A stretch of 64,000 nt of DNA from Anthoceros angustus (Eukaryota > Plantae > Anthocerotophyta). The stretch spans positions 310,001 through 374,000 of the forward strand of contig MU008185.1 in NCBI GenBank assembly GCA_010909165.1, read 5' to 3'. The position numbers were made by a program, and so were the translations under genes. This document shows positions 47,140 through 59,579 of this stretch, in pieces. Below the pieces are notes generated by a model, which saw only the letters and a program-made list of their open reading frames with translations, did not search any database and was not told where the DNA came from. The first letter of the stretch is position 1. Each line of letters begins with the position of its first letter.

Positions 47140-50100
47140 GACTAACAGCATTTAGGTGCCTAACAGAGAATGTCTCAGGCATTCGGAGCCAGACTTGGAG
47201 GATCTTCGATATCGCTTCCTCATTCCTGAGTGGTCCACCGCTGCAAAGTGCGCACCTTGTAATGGAGCCAGCAGTTGATGTATCCATGTACACTAGGTTA
47301 GTATGCAAAAGGCAAGGGCCCGGATGAATAGGGCGGCTGCAGAACGCCGGCTCCCCACGCCATACACCTAGGAATGGACTATGGGGGCTCCGCTGAAATT
47401 CAGCTGCAATTCCAGAAGTAAAACGAAACTGCAGACATGTCTAGACTATAGAGTCCAGACATTCATGTAACATACAAGTCGTTGTGCTCTTGTACAAGCC
47501 TAGTGGGGAGTAAAGTTGGATTGGATTCCAGGAGAGAGACTTCCATCATGCCTGATCGCTTGATCAGGAGCTTGCAAAAAGATTACTGGTGTGATGTGAA
47601 CGCTCAGCGGTGGCTGGTAGATATGGACATTGAATGGGCCATTCCTCAGTTTGCCAAATGTCGGACTGGGAGCAGCAGCTTGCTGCAAGCTGGAATGTGT
47701 CGAGCTCTGTGTGATTGTCCACATAATCCAACATGAAGTCGCAGTTCCCAGTTCGAGGGGGCGGTGGCAAGCTGTCAACAGAGAAACTGGAGATCAAAAG
47801 GGAGGAGTTAGTATATTTTAGCTTTCCCGTCCGATATTTCAGCCATGTAAAACCTGTTGCATGTGTGAACAAGCGACCGGCTTTCCGGATTTCCAACCAT
47901 CACTGATCACGCCCAGCTGCTGTTTTCCACGAGCATGTTGGCAGCTAAAATAGCGGGGCACCACTGGAATCTCTCTGGGCCTCTCGGCGCCATGCGACGG
48001 CCCTACCACCGGTGGCCCCGCCAGACAAAGCGACGCCATTGGACGGAAGCGTGTGACGACCGTCGCGGCCCGCCCTTTCTCCCTCAAGGCCCTAGATTCC
48101 TGGACACTATTCTGGGCAAGGACCATTCCCGTTGCTCCATGGCATTGCCAGAAGGGTCTGCTCGCGTCCAACAGTGGGACTGGTTGGGGCAACACCCCGG
48201 TACCTGCCTGCAGACCGCAGCAGGCCGGGAACACCTCTCATCATCGACCTCACGTTCGCAATAGCCTGTGGTGCACACATTAAACCACAAGCACACAGTA
48301 GCAGCATCTGCGTCACTTACGAGGCAAGTGTGCTTGCTTGCATCACCGGCCTCCTTGGAGTTTGCCACTTGCTATAGCCAGCGCCATGGCGCCAGCCAGG
48401 GTCTCTCTTGTGGCTCCCACGCCTCCTTCCGACGTGCCGCTACCTAAACCCGCTGCCGCTGCCGCTGCCGCTCCCGCTCCCGGAGAGCAACATGATCGGA
48501 GCAACGTGATCAAGAGTAGATCCCACAGTAAAGAACGAAGGATGCCTCCAGCAAGTGAACAAGAGGAGCCGGCAGGCGGCAGAAATCAAGAATCCGACAT
48601 CAAACATATCTTTCCGATCCCCGATCATATCAAAGAATCGATGCAGCTCTCCCCCCCGGTTCTCCACGTCCCAGGTGCAAAATCAGTACCGCAAGCTCCC
48701 ACTTGCGTCCCCCTCGGGAGCATGCGTTAAACAAAATCACTGCACAGTCATTTGCATATTCAGCTCAGCTCGCTTCGATCACGTGACGATACCGCACTAA
48801 TATGGGCCAGCCAGCCAGCCAGCAAGAGATTCCATCACACAGCCGGGCCTGTAAAACTTGTTCACAAGTTTTACAACAACTGTGCAAATCGCACCACCGG
48901 ACTCCAGACTCGACGCTGCGCGACGCGGCTAAATATACAGAGCGAGATGCAAAATGAGGAGAGCACGCTGGTGCAGCAAAACTGCTCATTCCAGCCTCCA
49001 GGTTCTTGCGCTCACCACACATTCTGCAGGATTCAGAATCTGGAACTGGAAGGCTTGCAGCAGCGGGCAGCCACGGCCAGTACCAGTGACCAGCCTGCCA
49101 GAGCATGAGCATGCTGCAGCCATTGCCAGCGCAAACCGGCATGAGATTCCTCCGATGCACAAAAGAACAAAGGAATCCGGCGGGGCGGGGCCGTGCCGAG
49201 CACACTCACTCTTTTCCCCGGCGTCAAAGGCGACGCTTATTTTAGACGGCGCCTGTTTTAGCCGGCGCTGCGTCCCACCGGCCTAGCGCCGCCTGCACTC
49301 CGCCTTGGGACGAGCGCCCTCGGGCGGAGCCTATAGCCCGGCCGCGCCCCGCCCGCCCGTCGCGGCCTATGGGCCAGCAACAGGCCTAGCGCTGGCCCGA
49401 GAAACAGTGCGGCGCACAGGCGCGCGAGGGCACGTATAGAGCCGGCTGCCGCTGCTGGGATTTCGTCCTCACCTTTCTTGCTTGCGTGCGTGCTTGCTTT
49501 GAGGCTCCCGCCGGGCGGGCGTCCCTCAGTCGAGCCGACTCTCAAGAGCAGCTTCGCCCGCGACGCGCCTGCCCTCTCGCTCGTGCGCCGCCTCCCTCGC
49601 GTCTCGTAGCGCAAATCCCAGCGCCTTCTAGAGTTGTGGGTCCTTGGATTGCTGCAACCTCAGGGCGTGCTTGCCCGGTTGCTCCTACGCCTGCTTCCGG
49701 GCGCCCGGCTTCCAGGCCTTGTCCTTCTTCCCGCCCCCGGATTTCCTTTCCCCTGAGTACATGCACTGAATATACCCATCATTCTTGCAAGGCGGCGCAC
49801 GAAGATTCCAGGTTGCACCTCAGGTGGTGGCGGCGGCGGCGTAGGGGAAGGTGGTGGAGATGCTGGATGATGGAGTTCGATGCTGGTGACGTCCCGTCGA
49901 GGGTGGCTGTTTCTTCCTGGGGCATGGCGGGGTGCTTTTGCAGGTAGATTCTTCCTGCTTGCGCATTTTTTTTTGTTTTGTGGGTCTCGGGGGTGAGGGC
50001 GGTGTGAGGGAGGATCGGGGGCCTGTTTGCGGAATGAGCTGTTGGGTCGGGATACATTTCGGGGTGGCCATGGCGGGGGTGTTTGCATTGCGGGGAGTAT

Positions 50101-50246
50101 CGTCGGAGCGTGAGCTTCGTGAGGATGTGGGTGGCTGGTGCTGTCGTCTTCTGTGGGTGCCGGTGCGGCGGGGCTTGTTCTCATGCATGCTGCTTGCAGA
50201 GCTTGTTGTGGACGTGGGCGGAGGGAGGCGGGTGCCGTGAGGAAAC

Positions 50247-53189
50247 ATGAGTGGGCGGCGTGAATCCTATGGGGACAGCAGGGTGGCAGGATCCTCGCAG
50301 GCTTTTAGTTTCCTCAATGCTGGGGGTGGGAGAGCCCAGAACCCGCAGCAGAGGAGCAGCTTTCCCTTCTGTGGGGATGGAAGAAAGGAGCAGCTCTTGA
50401 CCAGGTTGAATGATCCAGACCTGCAGTACGTGCATTCTTCCCAATCTGCCATCACCACGACTCTGTCCATCGGGACGGACACGCCCAGAGAGATGGATGG
50501 TGGTAACCTCTACTCCGCGGGATGTTGGTCCTGGGGCCCGAAGATTGATTGTCCAGCGGAAGCTTCCAGGGATGGGCGCGGCCAAGCCAGCTCCTCCGGG
50601 GGGAAGAGGAAGAGAGCAGCGAAGGGGAGTGCTTTGAAGGAGGATCTGGGGAGCAGTCTTGTGCTGGGGCAAGGGAGCTCCCCTATCGACATCCGGCCCA
50701 GTCAAGGTGCTGCCAGCTTTTCGGGTGGCAATTTCTGCTTTGATGTTGATTCTCCCACGGCTCTGTCGTTGGGTCAGATGGATCCTATCTCGGAGAGTCC
50801 GGACAGTCAAGGCTCGTTCTTGGGGTCTTCTGTGAGGTCCAGGGCGTCTGATGGGTTTCTGTCCATTGGGTCTGGATGTGACGGACTTTTGTTCAGTCAG
50901 CTGGACTGCAATCAGTCCAGAGAGTCCAGGGACTCTGGTGCCGTTTACAATCAACCTGGTGTAGACTACAACCTGAATTCGGGTGTACAGTTGCAGTTAG
51001 GTCAAAGGGGGAATCTTGGTGAATCTGTGACGAGAGGTGGGCGGTCATTTGAGGGCACCAGACGAGGGGGCCTGTCTAGGCACATGGAGAAGAGTCCGGG
51101 TTTTGTGTTGGAGCTTGGGTCCATGAGGAATGCGTCTGGCCAGAGTAGAGAAGGACAGAACCTTTCCAGCATGAGGGAGTCCCAGAGTCAGTCGGGTATG
51201 CTATTAGAGCTGGGATTGAGTGAAAATGTGCTGGATAATCGGGAAAGCGTCAGAGCATCTGGTGGTCCTGTGCCTGTGTTGGATGAGGGGTCTTCGTCCG
51301 CTCGATGGAGGAATAGTGGTGGTTTTATGCCGTCTTTGCTGATGGGAAGCCCTCATCTAGGGCCCCCTTGCAGTCAGCTACGTGAAGAACATTTGCCGAA
51401 AGTTTCCAGGCCCGCAGAGCCTGTGCTGGAGTGTCATCTGAATAGGGTGGAGCAGGAGCTCCCGACGAGTATGAGAGCATCAACCAGTTGCACGACGTCC
51501 ACCACTTCAGCATCTGCACCACTATCTGAGAAAGTGTCGAAAGTGTGCAAGTTCCGTGGCTGTGGGAAAGGAGCTCGAGGTGCATCTGGCTTGTGTATAG
51601 CCCATGGAGGAGGTCGCCGGTGTGAGAAACAAGGGTGTAACAAGGGAGCGGAAGGACGTACTGTGTACTGTAAGGCACATGGTGGCGGGCGAAGGTGTCA
51701 GAAGCTGGGGTGCACTAAGAGTGCTGAAGGGAAGACAGACTACTGCATAGGTCATGGCGGGGGACGGCGCTGCAGCTCTGAGGGCTGCTCTAAAGCTGCC
51801 AGAGGTCGGTCCGGGCTGTGCATTAGGCATGGTGGGGGAAAGAGATGCCAGATTGAAGGGTGCACAAAGAGCGCAGAGGGATATTCTGGGCTTTGCATTT
51901 CTCATGGAGGTGGCAGAAGATGCCAGTTTCAGGGTTGCACCAAAGGTGCTCAAGGAAGTACCATGTTTTGTAAAGCGCATGGGGGAGGAAAGCGATGTAT
52001 GATTGCAGGGTGTAACAAAGGGGCAGAGGGAAGTACGCCGCTTTGCAAAGGCCACGGGGGTGGCAAGAGATGCATGCACGAAGGGGGAGGAATATGCAGC
52101 AAGAGTGTGCACGGTGGGACAGCCTTCTGTGTTGCCCATGGTGGTGGCAAGCGCTGTGCTGTCGAAGGCTGCTCGAAAAGTGCTCGGGGGAGGACGGATC
52201 ACTGTGTTCGGCATGGAGGAGGAAAGCGATGCAAGTTTGAAGCTTGTGGGAAGAGTGCTCAAGGGAGTACAGATTTCTGCAAGGCTCACGGTGGAGGCAA
52301 GCGGTGCCAGTGGGGTGTAGAGGGATCACCATTTTTTGCGTATGCATCTGATGGTGTGTCTTGGGCCGGGGGTACCTTGAAACCAGAGCCTTGTGAGAGA
52401 TTTGCACGGGGGAAGACTGGCCTTTGTGCAGCTCACAGTGGGCTTGTACATGACACTAGGGTCCATGCTGGTTCTGTCATTGGCCCTGGCCTCTCTCCTG
52501 GCCTGTTTCGAGGGCTTGTTCCAGGACCCACACTGGCCAAAGGAACAGCAGATCCATCAGGAAGCACAACAGGCCTGACAGAAACTGCAAGCGGAGATTC
52601 TGAAATGCGTGATTTTGGAGAATCTGGCATAGATTCTAGTGAAGATGATCTCTCACGAATGGAAACTGCCAACGCGAATTCATGGGCGCCACCATTAACA
52701 GGAGCTACAGAGTCTGCTTTGGACAGTGGGTTGTCAGTGGTGGGATCAGCTCTTGGTGCTTCCTCCAGGTCCCTTCCACAAGGAACCAGTTCCATGACTG
52801 GAGCATTGGTCACTCCCTCAGCAGCTCCTCTGAGTGTCAGTTCAAGCAGTTATCCACCGTCCCAGACTCCATCACTGGGATCATTTATTCCACCAAAGGT
52901 ACTGGTTCCTTTGTCAATGCAGAAATTGGGCGCTGCTGACATAACCTCCTCGAGCCAGGGCAAGCTCAGTGAGGTCCTCACCTCGAGGACCTCCGATGAT
53001 GGAGCCTTCAACATGAACTCTCTTTCCCTTCCGGAAGGTCGGGTGCATGGTGGCGGCCTGATGGAGATGCTAGCAAGAGATCCTGGTATTGGGAACAAAG
53101 TCGACCGACACCTGAGTGCATCCAAGGTTAGTAGCCAACACCAATGGCAATCTGGGGCCCTGTTTTCACCAGCAGATGAATCTCCTTGA
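50247..53189 (+). CDS. WRKY19-like/At1g64140-type protein with CxxxGCxKxAxGxxxxCxxHGGG zinc-finger repeats (no WRKY domain)
   Basis: 980-aa intronless ORF with 10 full and 1 partial C3H repeats and a conserved C-terminal PEGRVHGG. Confidence 0.92.
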   Translation: MSGRRESYGDSRVAGSSQAFSFLNAGGGRAQNPQQRSSFPFCGDGRKEQLLTRLNDPDLQYVHSSQSAITTTLSIGTDTPREMDGGNLYSAGCWSWGPKIDCPAEASRDGRGQASSSGGKRKRAAKGSALKEDLGSSLVLGQGSSPIDIRPSQGAASFSGGNFCFDVDSPTALSLGQMDPISESPDSQGSFLGSSVRSRASDGFLSIGSGCDGLLFSQLDCNQSRESRDSGAVYNQPGVDYNLNSGVQLQLGQRGNLGESVTRGGRSFEGTRRGGLSRHMEKSPGFVLELGSMRNASGQSREGQNLSSMRESQSQSGMLLELGLSENVLDNRESVRASGGPVPVLDEGSSSARWRNSGGFMPSLLMGSPHLGPPCSQLREEHLPKVSRPAEPVLECHLNRVEQELPTSMRASTSCTTSTTSASAPLSEKVSKVCKFRGCGKGARGASGLCIAHGGGRRCEKQGCNKGAEGRTVYCKAHGGGRRCQKLGCTKSAEGKTDYCIGHGGGRRCSSEGCSKAARGRSGLCIRHGGGKRCQIEGCTKSAEGYSGLCISHGGGRRCQFQGCTKGAQGSTMFCKAHGGGKRCMIAGCNKGAEGSTPLCKGHGGGKRCMHEGGGICSKSVHGGTAFCVAHGGGKRCAVEGCSKSARGRTDHCVRHGGGKRCKFEACGKSAQGSTDFCKAHGGGKRCQWGVEGSPFFAYASDGVSWAGGTLKPEPCERFARGKTGLCAAHSGLVHDTRVHAGSVIGPGLSPGLFRGLVPGPTLAKGTADPSGSTTGLTETASGDSEMRDFGESGIDSSEDDLSRMETANANSWAPPLTGATESALDSGLSVVGSALGASSRSLPQGTSSMTGALVTPSAAPLSVSSSSYPPSQTPSLGSFIPPKVLVPLSMQKLGAADITSSSQGKLSEVLTSRTSDDGAFNMNSLSLPEGRVHGGGLMEMLARDPGIGNKVDRHLSASKVSSQHQWQSGALFSPADESP

Positions 53190-55314
53190 CAGAAGCAATG
53201 ACGATCTCAATGTTGGCAGCTGCTTAGCTACATTAGACCAGGCTGCAAATTTAGTAACAAGCGTTAGATAGATGCTTGCTGCAAGGCAAGCTTTGTCAGG
53301 CACTCGCGATGCTCCCCCATAGCCCGTCCACCCACCGTGTCTTCCATGGAGGCTTATATCACTAGGGAATGTTCCATTGTACCAAATTATTCATGTATAG
53401 AACACCATTTGCCCCCATCCGCACTGAAGTAATAAACTGAACTGGGAGTCTCATGACCTCCTAGGACACGTATGTAATCAAATGACAGGAAACCGAAGTA
53501 CCATTGCAAGGACAGCGAAGTTAGCATTGTTGGTGGAGCCAGCTACCAACCTCAAAAGCACGAGCCTCAGCGGCGTGAGGACGTTCAGTTCAATCTTGGC
53601 CCTGTGCGTTCGGTTTTCCGAAAATCTAGAAAATAAATTCTTCTAGATTTCACCAAATGCATTGCACTACGAGGTTCCCAACAGCTGGGTAGACTCCTCC
53701 TCAGGCTTCACCATCCGAATCAGGATCCATAAATGCAAACCATGCACATATTCCTTTCATAGCGTGCATGCAAGGGAGTCTGATTTTTTCTTTGAACTGT
53801 GGGTGGAGACGAATACCTATCTTCTCCCACTTCACAGATGATTGCTACGACCCTAAATTCCTACCAAAAAATGGGTGATCCCGTCTCCATCTCCCAACAA
53901 CTTGAAAAAGATTGATCTTTTATGCCCATGATTTTACATGTTCTCATGCTCTATATCTTGTGATGAGGCTCACCGGAACACGCCAAGATCATTGCACTTT
54001 CATCCCGGATTCTGGACAAAAACCAGTTTGTGAGCGACTTTATGTAGGTAGTGTCTCTAAGGTCCAGGGTCAATGGACTGGAAGCTATGTCTATTACATC
54101 TCTAGACTGACTGACCACGCTCAGAAACCTCCGAAAGCTGTCCAACTGGAAGTTGCATCTGCAGTTTTGAGAAGTCTTGAAGTAGCTGTCCACCAGCCGT
54201 CGCCTGGTCGGAATGCAAGCCAGCAACATGCCCATCACATCGATGCTGACAACCGTGGAGTCAGATAATTATAAGCTGGTCTCGAAGTAACGTACATACA
54301 TGTGCACGTCCACCGGTTGCCTCCACTCGGTTAGCACCTCAGTGTGGTTCGATGCTCGCCCAAACAGGGTGAGAGGACTGGAGTTGGACGGCACTCTGTG
54401 GAATCTGATCGCTCAAACCCATCTTGGGAAGGCTCTGGTGATCCGTTTCTGCTGGGAAACAAGCTCTGGACTATGGGACTATGACGGGATATTTTTTCTG
54501 GGAACGGGAAACTGAATTCCATCACCTAAAGCTGATTCGAAAGACTCGCACCAGAAAACACACAAGCCAGTGTGGTTGATGAACGACACACTGGCACTAA
54601 TTAGTGTGTACTGAACCATCGGAACTCTCATAGGCACTTTACGGGTTACTCTGCTTGTCAGGTCGAAGATGTGTGTTTGTATCGCACATTGTGTTTGGAT
54701 TTAGGGTTCGATGAAAAATGGCTTTCACAGCATACCGAGAGGTAGTTGCCTGGAGGCCTAGCATGTCCGTTACTTTAAACTAGTTACCTCTTCAACGCAT
54801 CACCATATGAACCTCAAGGGCCGTGTCCTTCAATGCAATGAACGAGCAACTCCGCTGAAGTGTTCTTCCCTGGCCTTGCATGCCCCGTGGACACACCGGC
54901 ATGAGAATTCTGGGAAGTACGCCTATGGAAGGCCAGATGTAGGACAAGGAACTTAATTCTTAGCACATCCAGCTCCAGTTGCTGCACTGATCAAACTGCT
55001 GTGCATTTTGCAGAATCATAAGTGGAGCACCCACCACGGTCTCACATCCATGGCATAAATAATCAAGTAGGGCGGGATGGAAGAGAACCGAGCCATGCGG
55101 ACACAACTCCACCTAGCTTCCGCAACAGGCCTGTTAAGGATGCTGATGCACTTGGTTGTTCTGTGCCCAAGAGCTCGCTGGGGATGAGCTTGTCAACAAA
55201 ATCCTGCTCCACCAGTCCGTGCACTAGCTGTCAGCTTCCCCTGCTCCTCACGTGTGAATACAAGAAAGTCTATGAACACAACACCCACTGCGCATAGCAA
55301 GTGCCGGACATTAC

Positions 55315-57348
55315 CTAGGCGTAGTAGTTGAGACTGGCTTTCTTCTTCGCCTGCACCTGAATGATACCCTCATTGAAATCCTCGTGTGTAACCTCAGTGG
55401 CATCTCGCCGAAGTGCTAACATGCCAGCTTCAATGCAAACAGCCTTTAGTTGAGCCCCGTTGAAGTCGTCGGTAGAACGAGCAAGTTCTTCAAAATTTAC
55501 ATCCTTCCTCACATTCATCTTCCTTGAATGTATCTGCAGCAGAATGAGCCACATGAGATTTCCGACATAAACATACCTCTAGCACAAGCATATGTACCTG
55601 AACCTAATAGCAGACACATACTTGTAGTATATTGGCTCTTGCTTCTTCAGTTGGATGAGGGAACTCTATCTTCCTATCCAACCGACCAGATCGCATCAGC
55701 GCAGGGTCAAGAATGTCTGCACGATTGGTAGCTGCAATAACCTGCAACACCAAGCAACAAAATCTGATAAGCACGCCCTATGCATGGAAATAAACACACA
55801 TGAACAGTTGACCATCGCGATCAAATGCCAGTAACTATCTGCTAAGCATACCTTAATACGATCATCACTGCTGAATCCATCCAACTGGTTCAACAGCTCA
55901 AGCATTGTTCTTTGAACTTCTCGGTCTCCACTGACTTCACTGTTGACAGGAAAAATTTTCAAGTGTTTCACCCACATCACAGGTCCACCAGAAAAGGTAA
56001 CAGACACATCTTTGAACAGCAGCCACTGCCATACCTGTCAAAACGCTTGGTTCCAATTGCATCAACCTCATCGATAAAGATAATGCAAGGGGCCTTCTCC
56101 TTCGCGAGTTGAAAAGCATCCCTCACAAGCTTTGCCCCATCTCCGATAAACATCTAAGCGCCACCAACCACCAGTTCGGATTTAGCACCTGATCCAGCTA
56201 AGTATCAGGTGACATAACGTCCATGGAAACCGCTATTCTCATACCTGTACAAGTTGAGGCCCAGCCAGCTTCAGATATGTTGCATTCGTTTGAGCAGCAC
56301 AAGCCCTTGCCATCAGAGTTTTGCCTGTGCCTGGGGGCCCATACAGAAGAACACCCTTTGGGGGCCTAATACCCAAACTTTGAAACATTTCCTTATGTGT
56401 CATAGGAAGTACGATAGCCTCCACAAGTTCTTGAATCTGTCACAACATGTGCGAATGAGCAGGATCCAACGGTCATCCAGGTCCTCAACCACCTAACCAT
56501 GCCTCTGCAGAAAAGGCAAACATCCAGACGGACTTCACAACACTGGCTCTCACCTGCTTGTCGAGCCCTCCAATATCACTGTAATCCTCAGTTGGCTTCT
56601 CGTCAACTTCCATGGCCTTGACCCGTGAGTCATACTCCGAAGGTAGTGTGTCCAAAATCAAATAACTATCCTTGTTAACCCCCACAAGATCGCCAGGCTT
56701 AAGCACGTCTGGGTCCACCAGACCTACCACTGGTAGGAAAATTGTCTGCACACCGGCGCCGTCAGTCAGAACAGAAAACACTGGAACCCCCTGCTTTGCC
56801 ACCCCTTCAGCCCTTAGCGAGCTCCAAGTCATGGGGCGTTCTCAACTTACTTGCCGCGTGGAAGTCTTCAGCACAACACATTTTCCCTTTCTCTGAGAGT
56901 CAAGGTCGACATTTGCCCCATCCTCCTCATCTTCATCCTCAGGATTCACATTCAGGATCTGCCATGGCAAAATAAACTGTAATTTTTCACCTTTCTCACA
57001 GTAGCACAAACCCTGAATCTCCAGTACGCTATACCTCCACCACGTTCCCCACGAGATAGGGCAGCTGCTTGTTAAGCTTAATCTTCTCCTGATTTTCTTT
57101 GATTCTCTCTTTGGTTGCATCAAGGTCATGGTTGAGGCGCTGTGTCTCGTCCTGCCAGAGGCCCGAAATCCAGTATGAGTGCGTTGCCTGGACATAGGCC
57201 TCATGAACCCTAATAGCCACCAAGCGAGTACCTTGAGTACGCGAATTTCATTGTCCAAGAGGCGAGTCCGCCGCAGAAGGTCTTCCGTGGTCATGTTGGC
57301 CAGCTCATCGTTGGGTTCGTCGAAGATATCGGCCTCGTTGAGCTCCAT
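55315..57348 (-). CDS. RPT5: 26S proteasome AAA-ATPase subunit RPT5 (6A), multi-exon
   Basis: [81 protein letters not shown]. Confidence 0.98.
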
Positions 57349-58757
57349 GGTCGGAAGACGAGTACGTGGAACAAAGAGCAAGAGGCGCTGAAGAAGAAGG
57401 CAGTGCACCGCACAGGGCTGTCTCAATTCTCTGTCTATATTTGTTCTCTTTCCTTCTCCACTTGCAACATTTGTGTTTTTTCCCTCTTTTTGATTTCTTA
57501 ACTTATTTTTCTTTCTTTTCCGCTTATACTCTCCACCTAGGACCATCTACCATCCCATCCTTCTTGCCTCAGGTTTTTTTTAACTTATGACCCAGGTAGA
57601 TGGGAAGATTTTAAAGAGTGCAGAAAGACCATAATAGACTCGATGAGCTTGCGGATGTTGTTGAACATTTATACAAGACCTAAAGCAATCAATACTAATC
57701 ACGAGTTTAAATTAAATATAAATATTAGTTTATTTTAGCTATTATTATCATGATAATTTAGTTACATTTGAACCAAGATACCCAACCACCAAAGGCAAAA
57801 TAATGGACATGACTAGAGTTCATGAATAACACCTCGAGTTTTAAATGGGTTAGGTGAACACTCGTTTTAAATGCAAACAGCAAGAATAGCTGGGGTGAGA
57901 GTAAGTTGGACAATTGCTTTTACTTCCAAAATCCGATAAATATTGCTATTATCTTAATATGGTAATAACCAACCTAGTAATAACCTCGCCAAAGCGAGCG
58001 CTTCAAAATAGAATGTGCTATGCATACTCAGACACCACAGTTTTTGTCACCAGCTTCTTGAAGCCAAGTTGAGTTACACGGAATTAACCACATTTTGCAT
58101 ACATATCAACTGAACAACTCCCAAGAAATCAATCACTTTTAAGGCCTCTTTTCTGAACTTGCACTTGCTTTACCTAATCCAAGGCTTTAGTATGATCACA
58201 AACTTTGAGCAGGAACCCAAGAGTCACATGATTAGGTGGCCTCATGCCTCCTACTGCATGCATCTGCTTCCATACAGAGAGAGTGCTTCTTGGCTTAGCC
58301 CACGTTCTTCCTACATAACGAATATAGTTGTCCCACTCACCACATCTCTCATGGTTGACTCGTGAACGGGCACCCGCTAAGCTCCCTACTTGCATACTTG
58401 TTAACCAGGCAGCTGGCAATGAGCACCTCAACTAGCAACCTCATTTTCTTGAACCTGGTCATGTAGTTGTTTATAAGTACAATAGCAATAGCATTGTGTA
58501 GGTTGTTCCTCCAAAACTTTTTAAAGTCTTGTTGTGATTTTGGAACTTTGTAAATTTGTAGTTGAACTTTTGAAATATCTTGAATTATATTTTGTACCAA
58601 AACCGTTACAAAAAAATAAGATTTTGATTCGAGCCCGCAGAGTTGTAATTTGTATGTGCTACATAAGCATCTATCACCCGATAGAGGAATCAATGCGAGA
58701 TAAAAACTAATATAGTTTAGGTTTGATTTTGCGTGGAACTCGCTAGTATGAAACTAT

Positions 58758-58868
58758 GACCCAAATATATATGCATGTATCAATGTGTTAGCAAACCCAA
58801 ACGTATATGCATGTATCGATATGTTAGCAAACCCAAATATATATGAACATATCAATCTCCTAGCAAAC
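58758..58868. repeat. Three ~36-bp tandem units ACCCAAA(T/C)(A/G)TATATG...ATC(A/G)AT..(G/C)TTAGCAA
   Basis: Directly visible tandem repeat. Confidence 0.8.
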
Positions 58869-58973
58869 TAGTACAACAAGTGTGTGGTTGAAATGGTTTG
58901 GGCCAAATGCACTCACATTTTTAAGAATACAGTTGTTAAGCATCCTGCACTTTAGATTGGTACTTAGATGGGC

Positions 58974-59147
58974 TGCCTAGAGCGAGTGGATGCGCTTGGT
59001 GCAAGTACTTTAAGAACACCATCCGTCCTTAGTGGACTTAAATAAAATTCTTCTTCTTCTTCTACTTTAAGAACACCGTATTACAAATTGTTAAGTACCG
59101 AGTCCCAGTGATAGGAAAATTCTTTGTCCAGTGGACTATAGTAGATG

Positions 59148-59178
<31 letters not shown>

Positions 59179-59327
59179 CTTGGGGTGCCTAGAGCGAGTG
59201 GATGCCCTTGATGCAAATACCTTAAGAACATCATATTACAAATTGTTAAATACCAAGTTCCATGACATGAAAATTCTTTGTCAAGTGGACTATAATAGAT
59301 GACTTCTTCTTCTTCTTCTTCTTCTTC
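58974..59327 (+). mobile_element. Two head-to-tail short retroposon-like units ending in GTC(C/A)AGTGGAC...(TTC)n
   Basis: Units 58974-59180 and 59186-59327 both start TGCCTAGAGCGAGTGGATG and end in (CTT)8-10; their 3' part resembles 1191-1242. Confidence 0.7.
59021..59062 (+). mobile_element. 42-bp 5'-truncated retroposon tail inserted with a 15-bp TSD
   Basis: TACTTTAAGAACACC at 59006-59020 and 59063-59077; insert matches 1208-1242. Confidence 0.85.
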
Positions 59328-59514
59328 GTACATACGTACCATAACGAAACCTAACCCACCCAAGTGCTACCAATAGCAAATGGTGGTGGACTTGAAAGCC
59401 GATACGTTGTTGGCTAGGAAATATGGACCAAAAGAGTGGTCACAGATGATAAAAGAGAATCTGTTCATCTAATGCAACAGAATTTTTATCCCGATCAATA
59501 GACGAGAATTCGAC

Positions 59515-59579
59515 TTGATCTTCTAACTGAGCCATGATCTTCTAAAAAGACATGATCTTCTAAGTGAGCCATGATCTTA
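59515..59579. repeat. Four copies of (C)ATGATCTT(CTAA)
   Basis: Directly visible ~19-bp period. Confidence 0.75.

Noticed and set aside
48385-48730. Pro/Ala-rich ~115-aa ORF
   Set aside because: Low complexity, no recognisable homology; not supportable as a CDS.
50181-52407. Several 190-257 aa minus-strand ORFs
   Set aside because: Antisense to the zinc-finger repeat gene; their repetitiveness mirrors the sense strand.
50247-53189. Annotation as a WRKY transcription factor
   Set aside because: No WRKYGQK motif; only the GGG-type zinc-finger repeats shared with WRKY19.
54335-54365. GGTTCGA T-loop-like motif suggesting a tRNA
   Set aside because: No cloverleaf or acceptor stem can be formed; no tRNA or rRNA genes recognised in the window.
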